From the NCBI GenBank assembly GCA_025594325.1, contig JANHCV010000008.1, positions 1,737,507-1,801,506 on the forward strand: 64,000 bases of DNA, read 5' to 3'. Position numbers and translations under genes: made by a program. Shown here one piece after another: positions 43,633-56,135 of this stretch (its first letter is position 1; each line of letters begins with the position of its first letter). The notes beneath the pieces were generated by a model that searched no databases, was not told the DNA's origin, and saw only the letters and a program-made list of their open reading frames with translations. Source of the DNA: Blastocladiella emersonii ATCC 22665. Taxonomy: Eukaryota; Fungi; Blastocladiomycota.

Positions 43633-46295
43633 TTACTGGCTGATCTCAATGCTCGCATACTCGACGGGCAACCCCGCTCCGCCAAACAGACCCGTGCACC
43701 CGACCCGCGCCTCGGCCATGCGCCGACGGTGCTGCAGGTACACGCGGAACAGCTCCACGATCGGCGGCCGCTGCGTCGCACTGCTCCCCGCGCCCGCCCC
43801 AACGCCGACTCCAGCCGCCGCCGCCGCCCCCGTGGAGATTGCCGCGCCGCCGGGCCCTGTCGGCGTGCTCGGGCCCGCCAGTGCACGCAGCCACCGAATG
43901 AAGCTCGCCGCACGCTCGATCCGCTCGCTGCAGAAACGGTCCACGGGGTACTGCGCCTCGTCGCTCCCCGAGCCCGCCGCGAACCCCGCTCCGCTTCCGT
44001 CTCCGCCAAACTTGGGCAGCGACAGGATCGACCCCGTCGTGCGCGACGGAGAACCACCGCCCCCGCTGCCCCCGCTGCCCCCGCTGCCCCCGCTGCCGCT
44101 GCCGCCGCTGCTTGAGCCACCGGGACCGCCTGGACCGTGCGACTGCGTGAGCCGGAGCGACCACGGGCACTGCCGGACGAGCCCGCACAGCGCACACTTG
44201 GTCTTTTGCCCGCCTACCGAACTGGCTCCTGCCCCGCCGCCGCCCGTCGGGCTCGCCGACTCGCTTGCGACCGCCGCAACGGGGGACGGCCCGGCTGAGC
44301 TCGAGGACGGCCGCAATTCAACGCTGCCCGCCACCACCGCGTCCAGGAGCTTGCGTCGGAACCCGCCGCCCGTCGGCAGGTGCACCATCCCCGCCATGGT
44401 GCCCGACCCGGTCGCGTACGGCGTCCGCGCAAAGAGACACGGCTCCACGTCCTCGCTCAGGCACCGCTTGACCAGCGTCTCGCCCTCCACGGCGGACCAC
44501 GCGAGCCCCGTCGATGCGGCCGACGCACCGGCCGACGAGATCCGCCGCACAAAGTCCTGGAATGCGTTGAGCTCGACCGCGTCGACGTACACTGGCCCGC
44601 CTGCACCACCCGCGCCGGGGCCTGCCGTCGCAGTGCCCGCCGCATCGACAGTCGAGGACGACGACCCCGACGAGCGCCGCAGCTTGCCGCCGGAACCCGG
44701 GCCGGTGCTGGTGCCGGTGCTCGGGGTCACCGCCGCACGCGCCGCTGCGAGCTGCCGGGCGAGACCGCGGTTGGCCGTCTCGAGCGCGTCGCGCTGCTTG
44801 CTCTCCTCCTCGACCATCTTGTTGGCCTGGTCAAACAGCTGCGCCGTCAGCTCCTCGAGCTCCGTCTCCAGCAGATCCTTGGCCACCTGCACCCGGTCCC
44901 GCAGCGACCGCTCAAAGTCAATCGTGCGCTCGAGGTCCGCCACGAGATGCGTGAGCTCTGCAACGCGGTCATTGGCGTGATCAAGCTGCAACCCGAGTCC
45001 TCGGCAGCTGCGGCACGGCGCACCGCGCGACGATTGCGACGGGCCGGCCATGACGCTTGCGCCCGGGGCAGAGGGCAGCGGAGTCGGATGCAGTGAGGCA
45101 CGGCCGAGGTCACCCTCGTCGTCGCCGAGCGAACCAGACATGGCCGGACCGGTTCCCGCATCACCCGGCGAGCGAAGCAGCAGTCCCGCGGCGGCCGAGA
45201 GGCTGAGAGAGCGGCCGTGTGAGAGTACCCGGCCCGAAACCGACAGCGGTTGTCCGTCCTTGCTGCCGCCACTGCCGCCACCGCCACCGCCAGGGGACGA
45301 TAATGGGGCTGTCGTGCCCCGCGGCTGGTTCTGGACTAGCATCTGACCCAACGGAACCGTGTCCGATGGAGTCTCGGGATGAGATCCATTGCCGGCTGAA
45401 GAGCCCGCTCCTGGAAGGGCGAAGCCCGCCGCGCCGGACGACTCGCCGCCCACAATGGGCGATACCGGTCGGTGCTCGCTGACGGCAATGTGCGCGTTGC
45501 GGAGGTATTGAAGTGCAAATCGGACGCACTCCACAAACTCGAGGTCAACGTGGGAGGGTACCGTTGTGGGCTGGGAGACAGGATCGCGACCGCCTCGCTG
45601 CGCAACAGGAAAGTGAACCTTGGAGGCCGGCCCGTTTGCGCCTGGCGGTTTGTTCTGGACAGGCAAGGTCGCGGACGCCGCGATCCGGTCGAGCGGCTTC
45701 GACAGAAAGTGCATGGCCTCCTTCTGCGCGAACTCGAGACGCGACGCGCGGATCCGCATGCGATCAAGTGCAGCGGCCTTTCGAGCAAGCGCATCGTTGA
45801 GATGCCGAACCTGGTCGTCGCGCTCCGCCTCGAGGATCTGCGCGCGCGATCCAGTTAGTCCATGGACGCAAGATTCCGCGAGGTTCACCTCCCCATCCAT
45901 ACCTTCAACTGACTTTCGAGCTCGGCCACGCGACCTGGGAGTTGGTGGCCAGAGGCCTCGCCACTGTGGCTTCCACGCGCGTCGCGGTCGTCGTGCGTGG
46001 GCAAGTTTCCGTCAGCCTGCAAAGTCATTGCGGATCGCGAGCCAAGACTAATCGGATGGCCGTCTGTTCCAGCAGCGTAGCGGCTCTGGGGCGCGGCGTG
46101 CACGTTGGGCGCCGCCGGTAGGACGGAGACAGAGCCCGTTTGATCACTTGCGGCCAAGGGACTAGCAGAGTCTACTGCCCGAGCGGGGCGAAAAGTATCG
46201 TTGAGCAGATCCACGTCGACGAACGGGGCCGACAGCGGCAGGCCCTCGGGGCGGTCGTCGCTGGCGAGCGGAACACCAGCGAAACTGTTGCTCAT
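43633..46295 (-). CDS. SEC2: Rab guanine nucleotide exchange factor Sec2/Rabin8-like
   Basis: Sec2 coiled coil LETELEELTAQLFDQANKMV, plus LVKRCLSEDVEPCLF and CALCG. Intron 45902-45838 links an N-terminal exon whose likely ATG is 46295. Confidence 0.85.
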
Positions 46296-46591
46296 ATATG
46301 AAGCAGTGCGTGGCGCGGCAGTTGCATAGAATGGTTTAGAGTGTATGCCGCTGTGTGGGGAAGCGGGAGCGGAGAGGGAACATGGACCGGACGGGCGCAA
46401 ATGGGGCCTGCCCTTCCGTTCTCTCCCACTCGAGGCAGCCACGCGTCGCCGTCGTCTCCCACTGGTCCACGGGATACGTGTCAAGTAGAACCAATTTATG
46501 GGGGGTAGTCATCATCAACGCGCGGTCGTTCGGGCCAAGGGCAAGGGACGGGATCGATCGAGGTATGTACAGGAGCAACGTGCTGGGCGGA

Positions 46592-47212
46592 TCAAACGCC
46601 CGTCAGAATCATCTGCTTGGCCACGTCCGTCGACTCGACCATGTTCATGAACTCGTCAAAGGAGATGCGTCCGTCGCCGTCGAGGTCGGCCTCCATGATG
46701 GTCTTATCAACAATCTGCTGCAGCTGGTGGTCCTTGAGGTTGTTCCCGACCATCATCTTGAGCACGAGGAACAGCTCGCCGTTTGAGATGTAGCCGTCGC
46801 GGTCCATGTCGTACACCTTGAACGCGAAGCGCATCTTGGACTCCTTGTTGCCGCGGCCCGAGAAGACGCTGAGTCCGTTCAGGAACTCGGAAAAGTCCAC
46901 GTCGCCGCCGCCGTCCTCGTCGAAGATGGACACGAGGCGCCCGACAAGCGGGTTGTTGGCAATCTGCGGGATGGAGAGGAACTCGTCCTTGTCGATGCTC
47001 CCGTTGCCGTCCTTGTCGAGCTTCATGAAGCGCTTGTGGAGGCGCTTGACCTCCTCCGCATTGACTAGGCACGGTGTGGGCGGTTAGCGCGGGCAGGGGG
47101 AGATGGGGGCTGTCGAGCGCGCCGCCGGATCGCAATGTCGGGTCGTACAGATGGGCTCGCCCTTGGAGTCCGTGGGCGACATGGACGAGTTCTGGAGCGT
47201 CGCGTCTGCCAT
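46592..47212 (-). CDS. CNB1: Calcineurin regulatory subunit B
   Basis: Four EF hands ([48 protein letters not shown]) and [21 protein letters not shown]. Intron 47148-47065. Confidence 0.95.
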
Positions 47213-47386
47213 TTTCGCGAGGGATGCCGAGTCGGACGGTGCCGAAGAGATCCGTTGCAGGGAGTGGGGCAGTCAGACTGGCCAAGTTTGGAATGGTGGT
47301 GCTCGAGCGGCGAGGACACTGTTCGTGCTGAGGCGCCATCGCACGCGTCCTTCATTTGGCCCCGGCCCGAAATCGGGAAACCGCTA

Positions 47387-47396
47387 GTCACGTGAC
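47387..47396. promoter_or_regulatory. 10-bp palindromic E-box GTCACGTGAC upstream of CNB1
   Basis: About 175 bp upstream of the ATG; matches the Cbf1/USF/CLEAR-type consensus. Motif match only. Confidence 0.4.
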
Positions 47397-47474
47397 CGTG
47401 TTCAACCGGTTTTCACTTGCTCCTCTGCCCTTGCCGAAGGTGCTGGCACTACGCCGAGCTGGCACCTGCTGCGG

Positions 47475-48420
47475 GTGCGCACCCAGTCAGTGGACGCCCG
47501 CGCCGACCTGGCCGGGCTTCGGCTGATCGACCTCTCGACGCTCTCTGATCCAATGGAATTCGCGCGCCTCGCGCTTTCGCTTGAGCTTCCCGAGGACTTT
47601 GTGGGCGTTGGCTCGGGCGAGATCTTCTCGGACGGCTCGCTCAAGGGCGCGGGCACCGACGCCGTGGCTGCTGGTGCAGGCGTCTGCACAGTCGACCGCG
47701 AGGAGGACTTTGAGTGGAGTTTCGCAGTCCCTGCCGGCAACCACTCAAGTTTCCGGTCCGAGCTCTGGGGCGTCATTGCGGCTGCCTCGGTGGCCAGACG
47801 CGGGACCTCGCTCACCATCACTCTGGACAACAAGGGTGTGGTCGACACCGCGGTCAAAATGCTTGCACCCAGCGCACGCGTCAAGATCCGCGCAACGTGC
47901 TCGCTGGAATGGGCCGTGCTCCGTTGGATCGTGGAGGCGCGCAACCTCAAGATAGCTTTGCAGTGGACGCGCGGGCACGTCGGCACCAAGGGCAACGAGG
48001 TGGCGGACGGCCTGGCCAATTCAGGAACGCAGCCCGGCGTCGCCCCTCTCGCCATCAACCCGGCGATCCGCCGGCTGTTTGACGCGCCCTTCACGGTGAT
48101 GTGGCGCGGCCAGGCCATCAACACGGACCCGCGACGCTTTGCGCGCGGCCTCAACAACGCGCGGCACAACGCCGTGTTGGCGACCGTGACGGCGGCCGGC
48201 GTCGTGCGCGCTCCCGTTGACATCCCCGCGACCGCGATCGCGCTGCGCGGCGGGCCCCGTCGCGTCCGCGGCAGCGAGTCCTTCTCGGCCAACGCGACCC
48301 TGAGTTTCCAGCTTAAGGCCCTCGCCGGCCAGCTGCCAACCCGCCATCGCTTGCACTCGTGGTGGCCGCACCGCTACCCGTCTGAGGACTGCGTGGAGTG
48401 CTCGGCCCTCGGCCACTCCA
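47475..48420 (+). mobile_element. Non-LTR retrotransposon fragment 1 (RNase H plus truncated Zn knuckle)
   Basis: RNase H motifs FSDGS, SELW, TLDN and WTRGHVG..GNEVADGLA, then LPTRHRL...CVEC, cut off where the inverted satellite starts. No RT domain seen. Confidence 0.8.
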
Positions 48421-49739
48421 TGCTGCGACAAATGGCCGCGGCCAGTGTACGGTAATTGTACGTGTACCCTTCTTCCCGTGGCCGCCCCGCCACCCTAACT
48501 TGGTGCTGGCATGTCACTTGGTCACTTGGTCACTTGGTCACTTGCTCACTTGGCGCTTCTGATGGAGGTCTAATCCAGGCACGCACGGGCACAGGCCCGC
48601 ACGCCCACACGCACTCCTGCCAGGAGCAAGTGGTGTGGGTCATCCACCATTCAGCTAGTAGTCCCTAGCACTCCTTGGCCCCGGTACGGACTCTTGCAGG
48701 AGGAGCCCTGCCGCCTCAGCCCTCCGCAGCCAGCCCTCTGCAACCCTGTGGAGCAGTACGGCCGCTACGCTGTTTGCAAGGTACGTACGGTGGCCAGGGC
48801 GACGCAGGTGCTGTGGTGTTGCTTGCCACTTGGCTGGCAATAGGGGCTGGCGCACCCATCCATCAATCAATCAACGGCACTGGGAGGGCAGGCAGGCGCA
48901 CCCGTTGGAGCGAGTAGTAAGCCTGGATGATAAATCATTGTTGAGTTGGGGACGCCTTGCACGCCTGCCGTTCATGCGAGTGTCTGTGACGCCAGGGTGG
49001 CCGTTTACGCCGTGTGCGCAGCGCGTGGTGCGTCGGGCGCTGTGCGCTGTGCGCTGTGCGCCCTGCACGGTGCGTGGTGTACATCCGTCAGCGGGTGAGT
49101 GGTTTCGCGCGGATAGACAGAGGAGCTGATCGTAACCCTCCCTGGCCCTTCATCATGCAGGACTTGGCCAGTGCTGATCGTTCATTCCTTTGTTGGCTGG
49201 TACGGCAACCAGAGTGCGCAGGCCCACCATGACTTGAGAGGCGATGTGGGTGTTTGGTTAGCAGGTAGGCAGGTAGGCAGGTTGGCTGGTAGGCAAATTG
49301 GCAGGTTGGCAGGTTGGCAGGTTGACAGTTGTTCGTTGATTGGACCGTTTGCTTTGCTGACAGCTTCGATAATTGGAGGATCGCAGACTTGGATAATGGA
49401 GTGTGCACAAAGGGGTAGGTTTGGATATCTGCCGCTTTGGGTCCTTGCCCACCTGGACGTGAGGGAATCCGAAGATTTGAGTACGGTTTTGTTTGAGTAC
49501 CATGTCAATTATCAGCGTGGCAGGTTTGATACATCCCGATCGTCAGATATTTTGTTGGTTCAATACTGTGATATATAGGCCCTTGCCCACCTGGACATGG
49601 GGTATTCGAAGATTTGAGTATGGTTTTGTTTGAGTACCATGACAATTATCTACGTGGCTGGTTCACGATATTTCTTTTGTTAGATATTTTGTTGCTTTGA
49701 TACCGTGATTTATGGGTCGCCGGCTAGCTGGACATGCGG
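48421..49739 (-). repeat. Diverged, inverted partial copy of the 3,049-bp repeat unit
   Basis: Reverse complement of about 54097-55572. It includes (TTGGTCAC)n and the last monomers in the same order, with an internal deletion of roughly 150 bp. Confidence 0.9.
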
Positions 49740-51919
49740 GACGCTGGTGCCAGTCTCCACGGACGGCTCCATGGTGCCAGCCGCGGACGGGGCCGGGTCG
49801 TCCCGCCTTGGAGCGGGCGTGTGGTTCCCGACGCTTGGTGTCCGTCTGTCAGCGCGCGTCTCGCCTGGCGTAGCTTCTTCTACGCGAGCGGAGGCGTGGG
49901 CGATCGCGCTTGCGGTCGCCGCGGCACCACAGCGCTCGCGGATCCACATCTACTCTGACTCCCAGGCCGCCATTGCAACGGCCATCCGCGTCATCTCGTT
50001 CCTTTCGTCCTCCTCGTCTGATTCTGGCTTTCCTTCTTCCCTCAGTTCTAGCGACGCATGGTCGTTTGCAGTGGCGGCCGCGCGCGCCCGCCGTGTGACC
50101 TTTTCGCTCTCCTGGGTCCGCGGGCACGCGGGCGTTGAGGGGAACGAGATCGCCGACGAGCTCGCTGCTGACGGGGCCGGTTTGGCCCAAGAGCTCGTCC
50201 TCGCTCCCCCCTTCGCCAAACAGATCCGGTTGGATGTTCAGCATGTGTTGCACTTTGATGACGTTCCTGTTCCAATTCCCTCCACCGCGTTCCTCAAGTT
50301 CCTGTCCACTGCACGTTGCGAGGCCACCCTTCGCTCCAAGTCCTCTCTCCTCTCCTCCCTCCTCTCCTCCCCTGACCCCGAAGAGCACCCAGACATGACC
50401 GCGACCTCCATGGCCATTGGCTCTGGCTCCTGCCCGCTCGATAAGCGCACGTCCAGCGCAGCGAACCGCGACATCGTCTACCGCGTGCGCCACCTGCTTG
50501 GGATCACACCCACTCGCTCACTACTGCACGCTCGCCACCCTACTCTAGTCACGTCGCAGGTGTGTCCTAGGTGCCGAGCAGCCGACGACGACGGAAGTCA
50601 CTGGATGATCTGCACAGGTAACGCCGCGGCCGTGTCCGCTGCGCTGGGCTCTGCCCAAAAGTCTGTTGGGCGCTTCGCTCGCCGCGCCGCCGCCTCTGTT
50701 GCCGCCGCGGCCGCCGCTAAACGACCACTCGAATCTTCTACTACACCACCACCACCACCACCCGCTACGCTTTCTCCTGTCCATGGCGAGGACCTCAGCA
50801 CTCCCGGCTACGCCATGGTCGGCGAGTCCGTTGCTGGCGCGACGCGGTCCCTTGCCTCGTTCGGCCGTCGCCTCCTCGCCTCCATCTGGCGCGACCCCGC
50901 CGCTCTGTCTCGCCTCGCCGGCTGCGTTGTACGCGCCGGCGACGTCGCCTTCGCCTCCCGCTCGCTCCAGCTCGACCGCGACCTCGCTCGACCCGTCCTC
51001 GCGGCCATCACGTCCGTCGCCTCCCGATCCCTCTGGCGCGGCGCCTGGCTCTCTCACTCTGCTGGCTGCGCCGAGGCCGACCCACTCGATTTTTCTGAAG
51101 CTCCGCCGCGCGAGCCGCGTGAGCGGGCCCGCCGCCCATTTGGCCAGCCCATTGCCACACTCAAGTTCATCAACCGCCACCACTACTGCTCTCGCTGTCT
51201 GAGCTCGCTCCATTCCCACGTCCCCAACCCGTCTGGGCGTGAAGAAGACCCGCCAGTGTGCCCGCCGTCCACCGCGGCCCAAGCGGCTCTTGTTGCAGAT
51301 CCCTCCGTCCGACTTTGGCTGCTCGGTTCCCCAAGGCACATTCGGTGATGTGACTAGACCAAGGATCGGCGCAGTCGACGCAAGTCCAGTAGCACCAGGT
51401 GTTTGCGCGCGGTACTGACCCATCCACTTTCTCTCGTTCTGACGACGATGAAACGCATGATCCGCCACTGAATGGCGCTGACGCACAAAAGAAAAAGAAG
51501 GAGTAAAACAAAAAGAAAAGAAACGCGAAAGAAGAACGTCCGCACAAAAAGCTGGAAAAACATCTGACGAACCTCACAGGCCATGCCCAATAGCACAGCA
51601 CTGCCACTGGTCCATTGGCATGTCCTCGCGCTCTAGCTGGTCACGCCAGCGAGTCTCTCTGCTCGGTCTCTCTTTACTGCTCTTCGTTCGCTCTCTTAGC
51701 TCGCTGCTCGAGCTCGCTCTCTCTTCGCCTCGTTCGCCGATCTCTCTCGTACTCCCCTCTCCTCCCACAATTCTTCCCCCTATGCTCCTCGACGTGCACG
51801 GTCCGGGCTTGTCGTACTGCGACTTGCCCACAAAAAGGCTGCTGCCCGTTGCACAGTGGATATTCTGCTTGCAGTTCACAACCGCTGTTAAGGAATAAAT
51901 GCATTGGTTCCAAAAAAAA
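49740..51919 (+). mobile_element. 5'-truncated non-LTR retrotransposon copy 2 (RNase H, CCHC, 3' UTR, A-tail)
   Basis: STDGS, RAEAW, YSDSQ, WVRGHAGVEGNEIADELA and CPRC...HWMIC. Stop at 51348, AATAAA at 51894-51899 and A8 at 51912-51919. Confidence 0.85.
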
Positions 51920-53195
51920 GCCATTGACGACGGAAGCCACTGGATGATCTGCACAGGTAACGCCGCGGCCGTGTCCGCCGCGCTGGGCTCTGCCCAAAAG
52001 TCTGTTGAGCGCTTCGCTCGCCGCGCCGCTGCCTCTGTTGCCGCCGCCGCCGCCGCTACTGCCGCCGTCGCCTCCACTGCACGAGCATCAAATGCGCCCA
52101 CTCCACCTCCACCTCCACCTGCACCACCACCGCCTCTCTCTCCTGTCCAAGGCGAGGACCTCAGCACGCCCGGCTACACCATGGTCGGCGAGTCCATTGC
52201 TGGCGCAACCGACGCCCTCCACAACTTTGGCACTCGACTCGCGGCCTCCATCTGGCGCGACCCCGACGCCCTCTCCCGCCTCGCTGGCTGCGTTCTACGC
52301 GTCCGCGACGTGTCGTTCGGCTCGCGGGCCCTCCAACTCGACCGCGCCCTCACCCGGCCCGTCCTCGCGGCCATCACCTCCGTGGCCTCGCGCTCCCTCT
52401 GGCGACTCGGCTGGCTCCCCCATGCCGCTGGGTGCGCCGAGGTCGACCCGCTCGACTTTTCCGACGCTCCGCCCCGCGAGGCGAGCGCACGCATTCGACG
52501 TCCATTTGGCCAACACAGTGCCACCCTCAAGTTCGTTAACAAACACCACTACTGCACGCGGTGCTTGCACTCGATGCACTCCCACGCCCCCAACCCCTCT
52601 GGGCGTGAAGAAGACCCGCCCGTGTGCCCGCCCACCACTGCGGCCCAGGCGGCTCTTGCTGCAGATCCCTCCGTCCGTCTTTGGCTGCTCGGCTCCCCAA
52701 GGCACATCCTGAAGTGACAAGTCCGAAGCAACCGCGTGGTCGTCGCTGAATCATGTCCATCGGTGCATGGATTGACACAAAAGAAAAGAAAAGAAACGAA
52801 ACGAAAAGAAAAGAAAAGACAAAACTGAAGAAGAAAAAGAAAACCTGGAATTCCTCTCGGGCCACGGCCAAAGCCACAGTACTGCTACTGGCTTTCCGGC
52901 GTGCCCTCGCTCTCCCGCTGGCCAGCCCAGCATGTCACCCTGCTCGGTCTCGATAATTGTTCATTCGCTCCTCTCTCACTACTGCTCGTTTGGCGCTACT
53001 GGTCTGCTTTGCTCCGTCCGTTCGTCCTATCTTGCCTCCTTCCCTCACTTCTTCCCCTTTGCTCCTCGACGTGCGTGGTCCAGGCCTTGCTTAATTGCAG
53101 CTCGGCCAGAAAAGGCCGGCGCCTGGCGTACAGCGGATACTCTGCTTGCAGGTTACAACCGCCGTTAAGGAATAAATCAAAGGTTCCAAAAAAAA
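51920..53195 (+). mobile_element. Further 5'-truncated copy 3 of the same family
   Basis: Starts at DDGSHWMIC immediately after the A-tail of copy 2, with a similar C-terminus and 3' UTR. AATAAA at 53171-53176 and A8 at 53188-53195. Confidence 0.85.
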
Positions 53196-55407
53196 GACGT
53201 ACCAAACCAGCGACGTAGATAGACAATTGTCATGGTGCTCAAACAAAACCATATTCAAAACCTTGACTTCCCGCATGTCCAGCTGGCCAGGGACCCACAA
53301 ATCACAGTATCGAACCAACAAAGTATCTGACAACAGAAATATGGTACAACAGCCACGCGGATAATTGTCATGGTACTCAATCAAAACCATATGTTAATCT
53401 TTGCTTTCCTGCATGTCCAGCTGGCCAGGGACCCAAAAGTCCCAGTATCGAACCAACAAAGTATCTGACAACAGAAATATAGTAAACAATCCACGCAGAT
53501 CATTGTCGTGGTACTTAATCAAAACCATATTCTAATCTTTGCTTTCCCGCATGTCAAGCTGGTTGAGGACCCATAAATCGTAAAGTCGAACCAAAAAAAT
53601 ATCTGGCCATAGAGATATAGTAGACCAGCCACTCTGGCAATTGTCATGGTACTCAAACAAAACCATATTCAAATCTTTGACCTCCCGCATGCCCATGTGG
53701 GCAAGGACCTATAGATCAGAGTATCGTACCAAGAAAATATCTGACCATGGAAATATAGTATACCAGCCACGTAGGTAATTGTCATGGCACTCAAACGAAA
53801 CCATAGTCAAGTCTTTGACTATTCACATGTCCAGCTGGTTGAGGACCCATAAATCGTAACGTCAAAGCAACAATATTTCCGACCATGGAAGTATAGTAAA
53901 CCAGCCACTCTGGCAATTGTCATGGTACTCAAACAAAACCATACTCAACTCTATGACTTCCCACATGTCCAGCAGGTTGGACACCCACAAATCACAGTAT
54001 CAAACCAACAAAATATCTGACCACAGGAGTATATATAACCGACCACGTAGGTAATTGCCTTGATACTCAAACAAAACCATATTCAAATCTTTCACTTCCC
54101 GCTTGTCCAGCTAGCCAGGGACCCATAAATCACAGTATCACAGCAACACAATATCTGACCAAAGAAATATCGTAAACCAGCCACGTAGATAATTGTCATG
54201 GTACTCAAACAAAACCATACTCAAATCTTCGAGCGCCCCATGTCCAGGTGGGCAAGGGCCTATAAATCACAGTATTGAACCAAGGAAATACCTGACTGAC
54301 GATCGGGATGTATCAAACCTGCCACGCTGATAATTGTCATGGTACTCAAACATAACCATACTCAGCCAAATCTTCGCATACCCTCACGTCCAGGTGGGCA
54401 AGGAACCAAAGCGCCAGATATTCAAATCTACCGCTTTGTGCACACTCCACTAGCCAACTCTTCGATCCCCTAATTATGGAGCCCGTCGTCAAAGTACACG
54501 GTCCAATCAACCAAGTAAACAGCCAACCTGCCAACTTGCCTACCTGCTATCCGAACACCCACACCGCCTTGCAAGTCATTGGGGGCCCGCGCTCTCTGGT
54601 TGCCGTCCCGGCCAACAAAGGAAGGAATGATGAGCCCTGGCAGCCTGGCAGCCTGCCACTCTGACAGCTCGACTGACAGCGCCCACCCAGTAGATATTAT
54701 CTATCTCGTAGGTAGTCTGCGAGGACTTTGTTAGTCAATACACGACCAGTCTCCTCCTGGCTGCCGGCTCTGCTGTCCACTCCAAGTCCTGCATGATGAT
54801 GGGCCATGGAGGGTTCAGAGCAGCTCCTCTGTCTATCCGCGTGAAACCACTCACCCGCTGACGGATGTACACCGCGCACCGTGCAGCGCGCACAGCACAC
54901 AGCGCCCGACGCACCACGCGGTGCGCACAAGGCGCAAACGGCCACCCTGGTGTCACACACACTCGCATGAACGGCAGGCATGCAAGGCGTCCCCAACTCA
55001 ACAATGATTTATCATCCAGGCTTACTACTCGCTCCAACGGGTGCGCCTGCCTGCCCTCCCAGTGCCGTTGATTGATTGATGGATGGGTGCGCCAGCCCCT
55101 ATTGCCAGCCAAGTGGCAAGCAACACCACAGCACCTGCGTCGCCCTGGCCACCGTACCTTGCAAACTGCGTAGCAGCCGTACTGCTTCACAGGGCTGCAG
55201 AGGGCTGGCTGCGGAGGGCTGAGGCGGCAGGGCTCCTCCTGCAGGAAGGAGACAGTGCTGGCGCCAAGGAGTGCTAGGGACGACAAACTGAATGGTGAAT
55301 GACCCACACACCACATGCTCCTGGCAGGAGTGCGTGTGGGCGTGCGGGCTTGTGTCCGTGCGTGCCTGTGTCCGTGCGTGCCTGGATTAGACCTCCATCA
55401 CAAGCGC

Positions 55408-55480
55408 CAAGTGACCAAGTGACCAAGTGACCAAGTGACCAAGTGACCAAGTGACCAAGGTGACCAAGTGACCAAGGTGA
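55408..55480 (+). repeat. (GTGACCAA)n 8-bp microsatellite within each unit
   Basis: About nine units, recurring at +3049 and +6098 and inverted near 48514-48551. Confidence 0.9.
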
Positions 55481-56135
55481 CACACAAGCACCAAGCTAGG
55501 GTGGCCGGGCGGCCATGGAACGTACTGCATGGGTACCATTACCGTGGACTGGCCGCGGCCATTAATCGCAGCACAGCCCTGCCTGGCTCAGGACGCGGCG
55601 GGCGTGGGAGGCGGGTTGGGTAGATAGGTAGCAGCAGCAGCACCTGGCTAGCTGGCTGTCAAACAACACGAGTGAAGGGGTGCGTGAGGGAGGGTGTGTT
55701 GAATGAATGGATGGGTGGATGCAAGCAGACCTTCATACGTGTCGTGCGTGATGAGGATTGGTTGGCCACCATCCACCAACGCCATGGCATGGCTGCGGGT
55801 GTCGCTGCGTGCGCCTTGGCGGGTGGTGTTGGTGGGTGGTGTTGGTGGTGGGTGCTGTGGTGGTAGTGGAGCTAAAGTGGTGTCGTGGGGCTCTTGGGGT
55901 CCCCTTTCCTTCCTGTCTGGCCTAGGTGGGTGGGTGGGTGGGTGGGCGGACGTAGCGCGCATGCGGGCGGGCAAGGTAGGAACGTTGCTCACGCAATGGA
56001 TCATGTATTTCATGGAACGTAGTCTGGACAGCAGCAGAGAGGGGGATGTCCGGCCCAACCGGACCCTCCACGAATCACAATATGCACGCAATGAATTGAC
56101 CGATGATAGGGCCGTACCAAACCAGCCACGTAGAC

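Noticed and set aside
49705-49739. Listed start of the 547-aa RNase H ORF
   Set aside because: These codons lie in inverted satellite sequence. The element is 5'-truncated, so this is not a genuine gene start.
55408-55480. (GTGACCAA)n as a telomeric repeat
   Set aside because: It is internal to each unit, short, and unlike G-rich fungal telomere motifs I know.
54400-56112. Non-monomer part of the 3,049-bp unit as a 5S rRNA, tRNA or snRNA repeat or rDNA spacer
   Set aside because: I could not recognise any conserved RNA motif by eye. An Rfam/Infernal scan would be decisive.
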